Below, piece by piece: positions 50,396 through 63,665 of a DNA stretch of 64,000 nucleotides. The notes beneath the pieces are model-generated. The model saw nothing but the letters and a program-made list of their open reading frames with translations. It searched no databases and was not told the DNA's origin. Positions within the stretch are counted from its first letter, which is position 1; the number at the start of each line of letters is the position of its first letter. The stretch covers positions 14,818,001 through 14,882,000 of the forward strand of contig NC_092674.1 in NCBI RefSeq assembly GCF_964355755.1, given 5' to 3'. The stretch is from Antedon mediterranea (Eukaryota; Animalia; Echinodermata). Made by a program: the position numbers and the translations under genes.

Positions 50396-52841
50396 TTATC
50401 GTGTTCTTGGTTTGGTTGAGTGTCTGTAAACAAATGGATAATTTATTTACTATTAATTATTAGTACTTATTAAATAAAAAATCATTATTTCTATTAATTT
50501 ATTTAGCCTAGGCTATATGCCTACTACCTAACCTAGGCTAGGCCCTATATAAAAATATACCCTTTTAGTTTTAAATTAGATCAAGTTTCAACTTGGGTTT
50601 TGAATGTACTTAATTAAGCTAAGCCAAAAAACTAGTAATATATTAAGGCCGATGATCGTCTATAAGGGACTAGGCCTGGCTCGCGGGGACTGGTTAGTGG
50701 TATGTTTGAGACGGGCACACGCTTCCTACTGCCAGCACGAGGTTAGTTAGCTTTCACAGCGGCAGGCAAATTATTGTCGGAAGCGAGGCTAGAGAGTGAC
50801 CTAGGTAATGCATAGAAAAACGTATTTTTAACAACATCCTAATCTTTTTGGACAATATTTCTTTTTTATGTAGACGAGAATATATAGTATGGCGCGCTTC
50901 AAAATATGGTAAAGAACTTACGCCCGCCGCCATTGTATGTACGGTATAAAATTGTCTACTTTCTCAGTTGCACAAATCACCATTTTGAACACCTATCACC
51001 TTTAGCCTTTAGATCGTTAACACTAAACTTGTCTGATTTATGATGTTTTAGAGCTGTCTACTGCTTAATTTTAGACTATGTATTTTGTTACAAAATAATG
51101 TATTATGTTACAAAATAATGTATTATATATAAAAATTTAATCTGTAACTCTGACAGAGTGTTCTACAGTAGATGGCATATAATAAATAAATGCCGATTCA
51201 AAATAAGCAGGCTTTCGAGTTGTTAATGAAGGCTTGTCTGACCATTACAACATTATCTAGAACTTGTTTGAATAACGTGTTCGTATTTCTACGCTTCAAG
51301 CATTTGTCATTTCGGAAGAATAGCTTTGTCGTCATGATCCATACTGGTTGGCAGTAAACTATGATCTATAAAGTTCATAAGTATTTAATGAAAAAGGAAC
51401 GGAAGAAATTTGAATAATTTTTAAATAATGTATTTAAAAATTAGCAAAAACCTTTTAACAACAAACTCGCTGTAACATCTTCTTTAAGTTTTAGGTGCAT
51501 CACGTTGAAAGCAATTTCAGTTTTTTAAAATTAACTTTCTTTTTACGAGTCGATTTAAATCCGATATCTTATTTAATTGTTAAACTTTGAGGATTTGTTC
51601 GATATGTTATCTTTCGAAAATCCATTTGATGCTAAGTGACTCTGGAAAGTATCTGAAAAAGCAAATAACATGTTTAAATGAACTCGAGAACGTGTGTGAC
51701 ATGCTCTTCAAGTGTGTGTGACCGCTTGTAAATTACATACATCTAATACAAGCTAAATTTTGATACATTTGTTGTCATAAATTGTCTTCTGTATAGCCCA
51801 AGTTGGGATAGTCAATAAAAAGTAGTTTTGAGAATGTTTGCACAAGGTTTTTTTTTAGGTTGACACTATCTGTGTACAATTTTTACTGTGATATATCTTA
51901 ATTTATCTAGAACTGTAACACAAAGATTTTTTTGAATGAATTCTGCATAGTTTAAATTGTAATCAATATTCACGTACATCTCGCTAGTGCGATGTTTGGA
52001 AATTGAGATTTCGAAAAAATAGAGTGCGTAATCAGCGGCTCCCGTAGCAACGTACTTGTAGCTCGTACGCGCACGTTCGACACGAGCCGCGGGGAGTTTA
52101 AAACTTCGGTAAATGTTAAAATTTACAACGATAACTTAATAAAAGTAAGAATTTTTTTATTGGATTTTATAAATAATTAAACAATCTACTCGGCCGTTCC
52201 AAGGCAAAACCACGTAACTACAAAATATGACTTTTCGAGAAAAATGGATTTAAAGTTTGGCTGTTTGCAATTCATGAAAAAATTAGTGTAAGGATGCGAA
52301 ATTTTGCATGATTATATATTTATAATATTTATAATTGCATACGTTTTTTTATTAAAACAGCCAATAAAATAAGAAGTTATTAGCACTTTTAAGAGATACG
52401 TTGTTTTGCCTTGGGATTAGCGTGTATTTAGTGAAAGTCATTTCTGAGGCAAAATAACGTAACTGCGATCTTTCCGTGGTAAAACAACGTAACTGCGATC
52501 TTTCCGTGGCAAAACAACGTAACTGCGATCTTTCGGTTGAGCTGAACAGGATAATATTTTTGTTTTGTTTTATGCAGATCTATCGATTTTTTTTAAATGA
52601 AGCTTTTTTTATATAATTGTATTTTCCAAATGTATAGTTAATGGGTTGGAGAGGGTCACCGTACACAGTTAAACTTACTTTTTATCATTTTAATCCTACA
52701 GAGTAAAAAAATTGATTTCAACAAGAAAAATATAGGGATGTATTGTATGTACTTGCATTTTTTGCTAAGGTTATTAATATTAGCGTTTTATGTTAAAATG
52801 TTTTTTGGGGTAAGGGTGTACATTAATTAAAACACTAATTA

Positions 52842-53744
52842 CCGTATATTTCGGTGTATAAGTCGCACTTTTGACACGCAAATTTGACCTCTAAATTAAG
52901 GGTGCGTCTTATACACCGAACATAAATGCCTCACCACACAGATTGTACATAGGCCTAGGCCTTAGGCTATCGTCACCTCGTTTGCTAGGTTAGGCCTAGC
53001 TACAGTAACTAACTAACGTAACGGCAACCTGCTTCTGCCTAGTTTTCAAGGCATTTTAGCATGATGTTATACTAAATATGATGAAAAGATTTGTTCATTA
53101 TGGCGCTCCGATAAAATTTCATTTGTAAACGTTTACGTACGATTGGAATAGTATTTATTTATACAGTAGTTATACGCACGATCGCCGTACCCCCAGCGCA
53201 AGCCTTTTCTTGGCGGCCACATGGTGTATTTATAGTTATACGCACGACCGCCGTACCCCTAGCCTAGCGCAAGCCCTTCTTGGCGGCCACATGGTGTACG
53301 GTATTCGATTAGTATATTCTCCAGTTGATTATAGCATGGACCTAGCGTATAGACTTCTCGGATACATAGATACTAATCGAATACGATTGTCCGTGAAAAC
53401 GTGCGCCCTCTCGAAATGATCGAGCGAGGCTAGCCCACACACGTGTTACACACACGGTCATGCACTCGATGTTGCGGCGAAACTCATGAATAACAAGTTA
53501 GAAAGAACTTGTTGAGGCTGGGCGCGGCCGAGCCTAGGTATAAAAAAACCTAAATAAAGGACGCCGTTGTAGATATAACAAAATATATTATTACAATAAT
53601 ATTGATTACAATTTAAAAAAACATTGTTTTGATGAAAAATAAGGTGCGTCTTATACATCGACGATATAAAAAACACCGATATTTTACTCTCAGTTAGGGG
53701 GTGCGTCTTATACACAGGTGCGACTTATACACCGAAATATACGG
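52842..53744. mobile_element. Tc1/mariner (pogo/Tc2-type) MITE nested in Sola1
   Basis: TA|ccgtatatttcggtgtataagtcgcac ... gtgcgacttatacaccgaaatatacgg|TA; internal gtgcgtcttatacac repeats. Confidence 0.88.
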
Positions 53745-53840
53745 TAATTAAAACACTAACCAATATAAATGTAAATCGTTTAAGCTTCTCAATTTAATTC
53801 ATTTATTGATTCCAATTGTCGTTTAAGACCTATCCACATT

Positions 53841-54677
53841 TCATTCATATTCGGCGACAATTTCTAGATCCAAGGAATCATCATTTACCGGCAAGTTGTT
53901 AATAAATACTCTTTTGTATTCAGGCATACACTTACTTAGTTTCTTAAGATCATTCATTTTAACACCAGTAATATCTCTTTCTTCTGGCATGTGATCAATT
54001 AGATTCAAAGGGTTCTCATTAATCACTAACCTGGGATTTGAAACGTGGCTTCAGGAAATCAATTTCTCTAAATATACCCTCATGGTCGTCCTTAACAAAC
54101 ATGTTAAGTGAACCTCTGTGATATTCAATTATCTTTATTTTATTAACAACTAAATAGACTTTTTAGCTTCATTTTTAAATAGCCACATGTCGTCATACGT
54201 CAACTCTATTGTATTGACTGCTTTCTTTCTGGAAGTTCGGATAACTTCTTGCATTTCCTGAAAATCACATATCATGGGTAATTTATTAATGGCCTTTGTT
54301 ATGCATTCATGTACGCTGTCTGCAGCCATGAAAGTGTGTCCCTTTTCAAGGTATTTTATGGCTATACTTTGTGCGCATATTCTATTGTCATTTACTAATA
54401 ATGGCATAGCAGAAAATAGCGTGTAGTTTTTGTTTTGGGAACCACAATTTTCTGCCCATAAAATGATTTCTGTGGCATCTCTTTTTGAAAGAGCAAAGTG
54501 CACATAGGAACTGGCGATGTTTGATGCCTTCCTACCTGCCTCATCTTCATGCCACAACACAGTTGTTGCTTCATTTTGTTTTCCTGGGGAAGAAAATGTG
54601 TCATTAAACATGACTAGTTTTCGGGAGAAATAATACTCTTTAGTCGTCAATTTTGGAATGTGCAGCACTTTTTGCAT
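53841..54677 (-). pseudogene. Sola1 transposase catalytic region
   Basis: MQKVLHIP, YYFSRKL, LWHEDEAGRKASNIAS, LWAENCGSQNKN, YLEKGHTFMAADSVH, K.NDLKKL. Confidence 0.85.
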
Positions 54678-54734
54678 GTAGGAAGAATTTCATCTGGTTG
54701 TGGAATAGGTATTACATAAAATTTCTTTTTGAAC

Positions 54735-54985
54735 AACCAAAAATAGTATAAGCAAACTTACAGTACGTTTCGAAACCTATCAGGTTTCATTCTCAACTGG
54801 CGTTTCATCGTCTAGCGTTGTTAATCCCATGACGACGATGAGTTGGTATAGCGCCACCAATAGGTCCAAAAGGACGTGCCCCCTTCTCCAATAGTTGATC
54901 ATAAATGTGTGACAATTCGTGGGCTCCTTCATCTCTGTTCATGATTTTTCCATGTTTTCTAATGTTGATCGACTCTTTTATATGA
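54735..54985 (-). mobile_element. Penelope-like retroelement 3' fragment
   Basis: KESINIRKHGKIMNRDEGAHELSHIYDQLL (GIY-YIG C-terminal NRDxG motif) followed by a pLTR-like UTR. Confidence 0.75.
54761..54799 (-). ncRNA. Degenerate minimal hammerhead ribozyme (Penelope type)
   Basis: Minus strand reads cag-TTGAGAA-t-gaaacc(tgata)ggtttc-GAAA-cgta-ctg: stem I, variant CUGANGA box, 6-bp stem II, GAAA. Confidence 0.5.
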
Positions 54986-54989
54986 AAAA

Positions 54990-56900
54990 CAAATTTTGAA
55001 ATATATCTTAATTCATCTTTTAGAATGGCACATTTTTCCATTTTACCCCTTCCCTTTAATACCCGTTTAATGTCATCAGTGGTGCAGCATGGTCCATTCC
55101 CAGAGAGCTTTTTCGGTTTGTTTTTTTAATTCTTTCTGAACCTTGGTTTTATTTGCCTCCTCTATTTTTGCTTTTACTCAAGTTAGTACTTCATCTTCTG
55201 TCTTTTTTTACACTTTCTACTTTTTGAAGAAAGAACTTTTTAAATTAGCCATTATGAAATTGTTCTGTTTCTTTTAATCATTTGAATGCTTGAATGAAAA
55301 TAAAGGGAAGCATTTCTGTGTTTAAACAAACTAAAATCTAAATCAGCAAATTCAAACTTGCTCACAAGATTAGTTAATTAAGCACCCATCATCTTCTTGC
55401 GCAATTCTTCACTCGGCTCCTCACTAAAACACCCTTCCTCAACAAAATCATTCAACTGTCTCTCTGTCACCTTAACAAACCCCTATCATCAACTCTCGCA
55501 AAACATTCTCTGTCATCTCATCAGTCGTGTCACTTGCTCTCAATTTCATCCAAACTTAATTTTCTTCATTCAACTTAAAAGCATGAGAAATTGACGTACT
55601 TAATAATAAACTGCTGCTGAATTTAACATAGCTTGAACATACTTAAAGAAATCAACATATTGTGTATCACTACGTAAAAGTAACCAAAATAAATTAATCC
55701 TAATGCTCTAATTAATGACATAATTTTACAACTTAAACAGTCATTGCAAAACACTTTCTACTTTCAAATTCAAATTATCTTTAAAATTAGTAATAAAATC
55801 ATTGATATCGTGATGATGAAAATAAATAAACATAGCTTGAACATACTTAAAGAAATCAACATATTGTGTATTATTACTACGTAAAAGCTTTCTACTTTCA
55901 AATTCAAATTATCTTTTAAAATTAATAATAAAATCAATATCATAAAAATAAATAGTACCAGGACCTTCAAAAAAATTATTAAATATTAAATCTATTCTTT
56001 CTAAATGAATAAAACTAAAGATTTAATACCCTTTTTAAAACAATAACCCTCCCACTGTTGTCTTGTCCCATTCTTTTGATCCCCACGTGGCCCTAAAATA
56101 TCGCAAACAGTCCTAATCAATCTTGATTGAAGTAGCAGATTTCCCCGCATATTGAAACCTTGCAAACTTCCCCAAACAATCCCTACCCAACCTTGTACCT
56201 ATTTGTTTAATTCAAAGTTTTTTTAAATAAAATCTGACTTGTTAGACAAACCCAACAAAAAATGTGCATTACAAAACAAGTATTTTAAATTATCAACACT
56301 ATCACCACAAACATCATTCCTATATTCACTCAATAAGTTATTAAATTTCTTATTCACACTCGCCTCTGTCATTTATCGTCGCTCTCAACTTGCTTAGCAT
56401 CTCTCTCTCTTCAAATTCTCTCATCCAAGAACTGCATCACACACTCTAATAGAGTAACAGAATCATTACTGGCAATTGACGAGAACCCACCTGATAATAT
56501 TTTTCCATTATTAAAATAAAATTAACTTGTTTTCCCCAGAATTTTTTCCCTCCTCTTGAAGTCCCATGCCCATGTAGGCCCCAACTCTCGCATTCCTTTT
56601 TAAACTTTTTTTTTGTTCTAATATTACAAGATTTCTTTGTTTCATATCTATTGATTTCCATGATTTTCTCTTTCTTCTTTACTTCCAATTGATTAATATT
56701 AATCTTTCTTTCTTTATCAAGTTTTTTCTTTTTAATTGTTAGTATGTCCACCTTGCTCGCTATCTCTTCACACTTCCTTTCCTTTTGGTATATAACCTTT
56801 CACAACTAACTTCTCCCTCAGCTTTTCCCTTTTCCTCTTGATTCATGTTCACTAATTTTTCTTTTAGTCCTTTTAATCATCACTGCTGAAACATGCTTTC
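54990..56900 (-). mobile_element. Highly decayed non-LTR retrotransposon relic
   Basis: Strong purine skew on the minus strand, K/E-rich ORF1-like fragments, broken endonuclease/linker-like fragments; no intact motif set. Confidence 0.3.
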
Positions 56901-57282
56901 ACTACGTATTTCCTCTTAAATCATCTTTGTGTGTTTAGTAACGTGAAATTCATGGAGTAAAAGAAATAGTGAGTTGGAAGTAATAATATAAGGCTATACT
57001 TGAAATTAATGAAATCTTTTAATTGTTGAGATTATTGGAGATAATTGTATAAGGAAATTGAATAAAGGAAAAACTGGTGAAAATTTTAATGAAATGATCA
57101 TGCTCAATTAAATAATAATGTCTTTTATCCTATTTTGTCAAAGGCAAATTAATTACTGCATTGTTGATTATTGTTATCCCCCACCCCCTCAATTTTGACT
57201 GGCCTTTCTTTCCCTTCTTCATATCCGATGCTAGTGACTTTAAATCTTTATCTGTATAAAACAATAATTATTATGATTAGTA

Positions 57283-59325
57283 TGTGTTATACATTATATC
57301 ATTAAATTACAGATTTTTATATGTTATTATTCGTCAAACCACCAACAATATGGGGATAGCCAAGCTCTTATCTAGTCCTAAATCGCCAAGCAGATTACAA
57401 CCACCCAATAACAATTCAAACACTACGTGACAAGAAGCGAAGAGCAAGGCAACACAGTAACGCAGGCCTAGATTTCAAGTATCTAATGTACACTACCAAG
57501 CTGGTTATTTATAACAAAATACTCAGTATCTAATTTACACTACCTAGCTGGTAATTTATAACAAAATACTCAGTATCTAATACATTTAATTTAAAATAAA
57601 TTCTGGAACTTCTTTCAAATCTGCCACTTACAATAATATTTTCGCTCTGTCGATACAATTTTAAACTGACTACTAAATACGGTGACGTCATTCAAAAGGA
57701 ACCTTACATTATTATCGAGGGTTGATACTATTATTACTATGAACTAAATTATTTTTAGGCTGCTTCAACATGTGCGCTTATCGACTATTTGATTTTTTTA
57801 TTCCCTTGGTCAAATCAAGAATTTTAAAGGAAAATTCCGCTCAATAAACCAGTTTAAAAATGCGCAATAGGTCAAACTATTCTCATGAAAATTGATACCA
57901 GCCTTTTTACGCATCAAATTAAAGCTTATTCAAAATCTGATAACATACAAAAGAAATCACTCTGCTAACTCTGACGGCCATCAAGCGGTCATGGTTTGAA
58001 AACAGGCATGGGGTTTTCCGAAGATTTTTTATCGCGCGAAAATTCGCTGGTTTGCGTTTTAGACTAATTTTGAAATGAAATACTTGATCAGTTTTAATAA
58101 TTAACCCATGTAATGTAGTAAACAGTAAAACTGTACAATCAAAATTAGTGTAGTAATTTAAACATTAAAGTCATATTACTTTATAGAATTTTTCCAAAAC
58201 TCCTACATTTCGTTTCGTTAATTAAACAATTCTCTACACATACAAAAAAAGATGTTACATAGTAAAAAGCATGTCTAGAAGGAAGCCTAGATAAGTTTTT
58301 TGTTACAAACAAATAAACTTTAAGCCTAGATTCCCTGCAGTAACAAACAAAATAACAATGGTTGAAACAAATGTAAAACCATATATACCAATATAAAAAA
58401 AAAACATCGCATCGTGCGTTCATAATAATAATTGCACTATATTTACTTAGTGTGAGGGCTGGTTTTGCCTCTCTCCATTTTTTCCACCATGCTGCTACCA
58501 ACAAAGACTTAAAAACATTGAAGGCTTTTTTTGGCCACAGACATACCTCCACTTATCTTGTGGCAGCTGTATCCCAGCACCCAGATTAATCTGAAAATGA
58601 AAGAGTTGAAAGCCTAATAATTTGAAATCTGCCATAGAATTTTTCAATTGGAAAGTACGGAATTGCATTAGATGCTAAACCAAAAGTAAAACGAAGGCGA
58701 AATTAAAATAATGAAATATATTTCTATATTATAAATTTACATTACAATTGTATGGATGCAGTTTTAGTGACATTGTTTTCCAGTAAATTAAATAATTTTA
58801 AAATTTATAATTTTGGTTTTAATGTGTTATACATTATATCATCAAATTACAGATTTTTAATTTATTATTCGTCAAACCACCAACAATATGGGGATAGCCA
58901 AGCTTTTATCTAGTCCTAAATCGCCAAGCAGATTACAACCACCCGATAACAATTCAAATACTACACGTCAAGAAGCGAAGAGCAAGGTGACACAGCAACG
59001 CAGGCTGTAGGCTTAGATTTCAAGTATCTAATTTACACTACCAAGCTGTTAATTTATAACAACATACTCAGTATCTAATACAAGTAATTTAAAATAAATT
59101 TCAAATCTGCCATTTACAATAATATTTTAGCTCTGTCGATACAATTTTAAACTGACTATTTAATACGGTGACGTCATTCAAAAGTAACCTTCCATTGTTG
59201 TTATCGAGGGTTGATAGTGATACTATACTATGAACTAAATTATTTTTAGGCTGCTTCAACACGTGCGCTTATTGAATAATGATTTTTGTATTAATTTGAT
59301 TTTAAAGGAAAATTCCGCTCAATAC
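57283..59325 (+). repeat. ~500-560-bp direct duplication (57283-57845 and 58822-59325)
   Basis: Colinear from atgtgttatacattatatcat to ttttaaaggaaaattccgctcaata. Confidence 0.88.
58430..58592 (-). pseudogene. BEN-domain-like exon fragment
   Basis: After the acceptor ttttcag: INLGAGIQLPQDKWRYV...PSMF/KSLLVAAW...AKPALT.SKYSAI, with a frameshift. Confidence 0.45.
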
Positions 59326-60627
59326 ACCATACATATATATAGTGTTAAAAACTATGTGGGTATTGTTTCTTTTCATTAAATATTATTTTTCGTAAGTATA
59401 CATTTTTTATTTTATAATTCCACTATTAATTATAATCAAAAGGATTATTTAAATTGATTTTCTAACTGATAAAAATAAGCTTGTGCTTACTATGTGTTTG
59501 ATTCCATTTCGAGTGTGGGGCCAGACGTAGACTTGGCCGCACCTACAAGTTATGTTCTATATAGGCCTAAGCCTAGCGCTAAATTTTGCCCAAGAAGAAT
59601 CTAATAAAGCAGACGAATTTAACTAATAAAAGTACAGTAATTACCTCAATAGTATAATGTTAAGTTTAATTTTATTTCCCTTTCGATTATTCTAACTTTA
59701 AGTTGCATGTCCATGCAAAATCAATTAAAACAATGTGGTTTATCAAACAGAAATATAAATTACCTTCAAATCAATACTAAATTAGCCAGATTTTAATAAC
59801 TTTTGAAAAAAATACATTTGAGGTTGATGTATAATTTAATTGCTTAGATCACATATGTTTTTATTCACTCTAATACAACATTTTATTAGAAAAATGGCCG
59901 GAATAATCATTTCCGGAATTGTGACCTTTGACCCTAGTATGGTCATATCTCGATAACTACTGACAGAAACATGAGGTTGGTCTTAAAATATTCACAATAT
60001 AATGTTAATATTTGGTCTAACGAAATATTTTTCCCAAAAGTGACTGGAAATCATAATATTGACCTTTGACCCGATAACCTCAAATTTCGTTACCGAATGC
60101 GCATAACATCAAAATATTGGGCTTAAATTGTCAAAAATGTATATATTTTTGTATTAATTAAGGTAATGACTGAATTTTTCAATTGACCAGAAGTAATGAT
60201 ATTAACCTTTGACTTAAATTTTGTTTTATATCACTACAACATTGGCAGTCAATCGTCAAACACTTATTTTTCACGCAATACATTGTTTTCTCAACAAATT
60301 TAAACAATTGCTTTTTCATATGATAAATGTTTGTTTAGAGTGATTCAGATTGTTGTATCTAGAGATATGGCCTACCTGGTTATGTGTAGAGGAATGTTAC
60401 ATTTTACTATGCGTGATTACATTTCCAGATTATTTTCTGCAAGTTGTAAGCTTCAATAAATTAATATAACTGTTTTGCAGTGTATTATATTACAGTTTAC
60501 ACTTCTTCATTTTATATTTCAAACCTCAGTTATTAAAAAATAAAATAAATAATAATAATAAGTATTAACTATGTCTTAGAAATAATAAATTCTGACACGG
60601 ATCGTCTGTATTCAATTACGAGTAATA

Positions 60628-60965
60628 TTATCTGGGACATTTGCAGCTGCACAGTTCTGTACAAGGGAGGTTAGATTTGCAAGTCACACAACCACGGTCA
60701 GATTTGCAGCCACATTGGATAAGTTCATTGCAGGCCTTGGCTGCTTCTGGTTTAGTCATTCAAACTGGCTTCCAATGTGTGTCTTCTAATGTCCAACCCC
60801 AATCTTCTGGAGTAGGAATAGTTGGTTCAGCATTCTGACAAGTGGTCCATATACCTCCTTGATAATTCTTCTGTCGCCATTCTTCGAAGTATTTTTGTCA
60901 GTGACACCTTTGAGTATTCATGAAGCTTTTGAAATGTATCTTTTTTTGCAGAAAATACAGTTATT
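60628..60965 (-). pseudogene. Academ transposase remnant: N-terminal CIFC joined to the C-terminal Cys-rich domain
   Basis: CIFCKK...YQGGIWTTC..AEPTIPTPEDWGW...WKPVWMTKPEAAKACNELIQCGCK...CKSNLPCTELCSCKC. Confidence 0.7.
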
Positions 60966-61128
60966 TCTGCTAGGACTTGCAACTTTCTGTCTTTTTGAAG
61001 ACCGCTCTTTCGTATCTATGTTTTCTTTTACTTGATGTTTTCTTAACCTTTAGAGCTTAGTGTTGTTGAACTTCAAATGGCAAGAATGGAGGTGGAGGTA
61101 TGCCTAGCAACGAGCCTAGGTTAGCCAG

Positions 61129-62320
61129 CAGCGGTGGCACCAGGATCTTCCCGACGCGGGGGCTACATTCCCCGACGAGGGGGCTATGCGAGCATCACTA
61201 GGCTGGGGGCCAGGGGGCCGCCAAGGGCCCCGGTGGGGAAGCAACGCGTTTTAGCGTCATTTGAGGTCATTTTAATCAGATTTAGGGTAGCCACATTTTC
61301 CATTTTTTATAATGCATAAATAAAATACTGCGTGCAAAAAAACGATGCGCGGTGACTGTTTCAATCCATATTTTTCAATTTAAAAAATAAAAGTTCAAAA
61401 TTGGCCTATGCCTATATTTATCGGGTAAATTGTAGCATAGAAAAATTAATATACGCGAACGTAAAACATACCCACAGGCGAAGACGTAGGTCCATATTGT
61501 TTATCGCAGAGGTGTAGGCTGGTTGCTGTCTGAGAGTGCAAACATTGTAAATGAAGTGCCTTGGGCATGATCTGTAAGACAATTTTGAAAAATAGAGCTG
61601 CTAGGTCCCCGGAAGTTGCAATTATACATATTAATGATACTATGAAACAAAATTACAGAACTACAAGAATTACTACTGCAGAACCAGACAACCGTGGTTG
61701 GGATAAGAAAACTTAGAAAAATAGAGTTGGAGGTCCCGGAAATTGGACTTATTATACTTCAAAACATAAAACAAAATATAGGCCTATAAGTCCCTATCAT
61801 GGTTGTGACTGAGCTAAGAAATTTTTTAAAACTAGAGCTGTTAGGTCCCGGAAAATGCACTTATTGTACTTCGAAATATGACCAGCTTTATGGTTGGGGC
61901 TGAGCTAAGAAAATGTTTAAAACTAGAGCTGCAGGTCTTCAAAAAATTGCATCTTATACTTTGGAAACATCAGGCCTAGAGGCTTAAAAAAAGTGGTCCG
62001 TTTTGCCTTTATTTGCCTGGGGGGGGGGGGGGTGCGTCCGCAAGCGTAGACCCTTTTCAGTCGGGGAAATAATTTATACCTCCCAAAAGTGTATGCGTGC
62101 GTACCATCTGGACTTCCGAGTGGTGAGAAGTTCATGACATACAGGACATTGAAAATTTAACTAATTAATTATATAACTTAGCTATAATAGGATGTGGGCT
62201 ACGCAAAAATGGCATGTTTTTTTGTTTAGTAATGTAATGTATGAAATATTTATTTTAGGTGCTAGGCTCCCCGACGAGGGAGCTGGAGCCCCCGTAGCCC
62301 CCCCGCTGGCGCCACCACTG
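61129..62320. mobile_element. hAT-like MITE with internal ~125-bp tandem repeats, nested in the Academ
   Basis: TIR cagcggtggcaccag / ctggcgccaccactg; subterminal ccccgacgaggg; repeats of aaa(a/c)tagagctg..aggtccc at ~61585-61960; TSD not resolved. Confidence 0.65.
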
Positions 62321-63059
62321 GCGGGTAGCCTAATTGATAATTAATTTAAATGCTTAAAAGAAACAAGAAAGTAAATTTATGGTAACCTAAGTGCTTTTTA
62401 AAGTGGTAAATCAATATATATATTTAATACTAAAAACACTTGTTTGAAATCAACAACTGCTTTATAAGCATAAAAATACTTACCACTTGGCAATTATCCA
62501 CCTGTCAACACGTTTAACTTCATAAACTTTTAGCCAATCAGAATGCCGGATTTTATGAATATTGATTGTAATTGATTGTATATAAAAGGGGTTCTATGGA
62601 CCTTAAATAATGAAATCATTGTTATTATTGGTATTTATTATTCTCAAATAGAAACTATTTAATTTATTTTAACTGGTCTTTGGAATGTTAAAAAATAAAA
62701 TAAAAATAAAAAAATAAATAAATAAAAATAGATTATGTCAAAGGTCAATATTATGATTTCCAGTCACTTTTGGGAAAAATAGTTTGTATGTATATTGTGA
62801 ATATTTTAACACCAACCTCATGTTTCTACTGTCAGTAGTTATCGAGATATGACCATACTAGATGATTCCGGCCATTTTCTAATAAAATGTTGTATTAGAG
62901 TGAATAGAAACATACGTGTTCTAAGCAATTTAACACTAAAATGAACTCTGTACCCCTACCGGTTACTAAGATATGGACCATCATTTTGTTTTGGCGGCTA
63001 TTTTGAAAATACTCCAAATATGGTCATAAAATACATTTTTTTTTCTTGGCTACAGTGAT

Positions 63060-63665
63060 TTTTCACGCTGCTGCTCTAGCCCGCTACGTCCCATTAGGAC
63101 TACTCAATCAGAAGCTAAAGCAAGCAGCAGTTATAGTTCTAAGGACAGACAGTTTTGTGAAAATGGAAACTCCACTATGATTTATTGATTCCAGCTGCTA
63201 CAGTTGTAGACCCAAGAAACGTCTGGGAAAGAGTCTATTAGGACATGTCATGCTAAAATTACAAATCCCTAAGCATTTCTGGTATATTCACTGTCAGATA
63301 TTCATTGAATTATTATCGAAACAGTCCATTAAAGTTTGTGTTTGTAATAGGATACTTCACAATTGAAATATCTAGGGTGATGAAGTGACCCCCAGATTTG
63401 ACCTTAGCAATAAAATTAACTAAAGTGACAGAAATTGAGTATTCACTTCTGTAACAAAAAAATAATATTTATTCACATATAAAAAAAGAAAAGAAACCCA
63501 AAAACCATTGTCTGACAGACAATTTAAGTATTTGTTGCTTTAAATTACATTTTTTTCAGGTAAAATAACTATTATGTGACAATAAAATGACACATTCAAA
63601 AACATTTGAAATAAAAATATTTTTCAATATGCGAGCAGCGTTTTTTGTAAGAAATATTTCTTGTT
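63060..63665 (+). repeat. Second copy of the 33688-34270 repeat
   Basis: Direct colinear similarity. Confidence 0.85.

Larger units (their letters stand above)
52191..54680 (-). mobile_element. Sola1 DNA transposon, 3' half
   Basis: TIR cggccgttccaaggcaaaaccacgtaac at 52191 with subterminal repeats; the transposase is cut off near 54680 next to a Penelope fragment. Confidence 0.8.
59838..62938 (-). mobile_element. Internally deleted Academ-type DNA transposon
   Basis: ~200-bp inverted repeat 59838-60070 / 62737-62930 with gacctttgac motifs; right end ...aacaCTA; Academ-like coding remnant inside. Confidence 0.65.

Noticed and set aside
54805-55041. 78-aa ORF as a single gene
   Set aside because: It appears chimeric, running from an unrelated relic into the Penelope GIY-YIG tail
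57283-59325. LTR retrotransposon (LTR pair)
   Set aside because: No TG..CA ends, PBS, PPT, TSD or gag/pol remnants
59340-59352. tagtgttaaa as the true left end of the Academ
   Set aside because: Only a 10-bp AT-rich match to the right end, 500 bp from the main inverted repeat, with no convincing TSD
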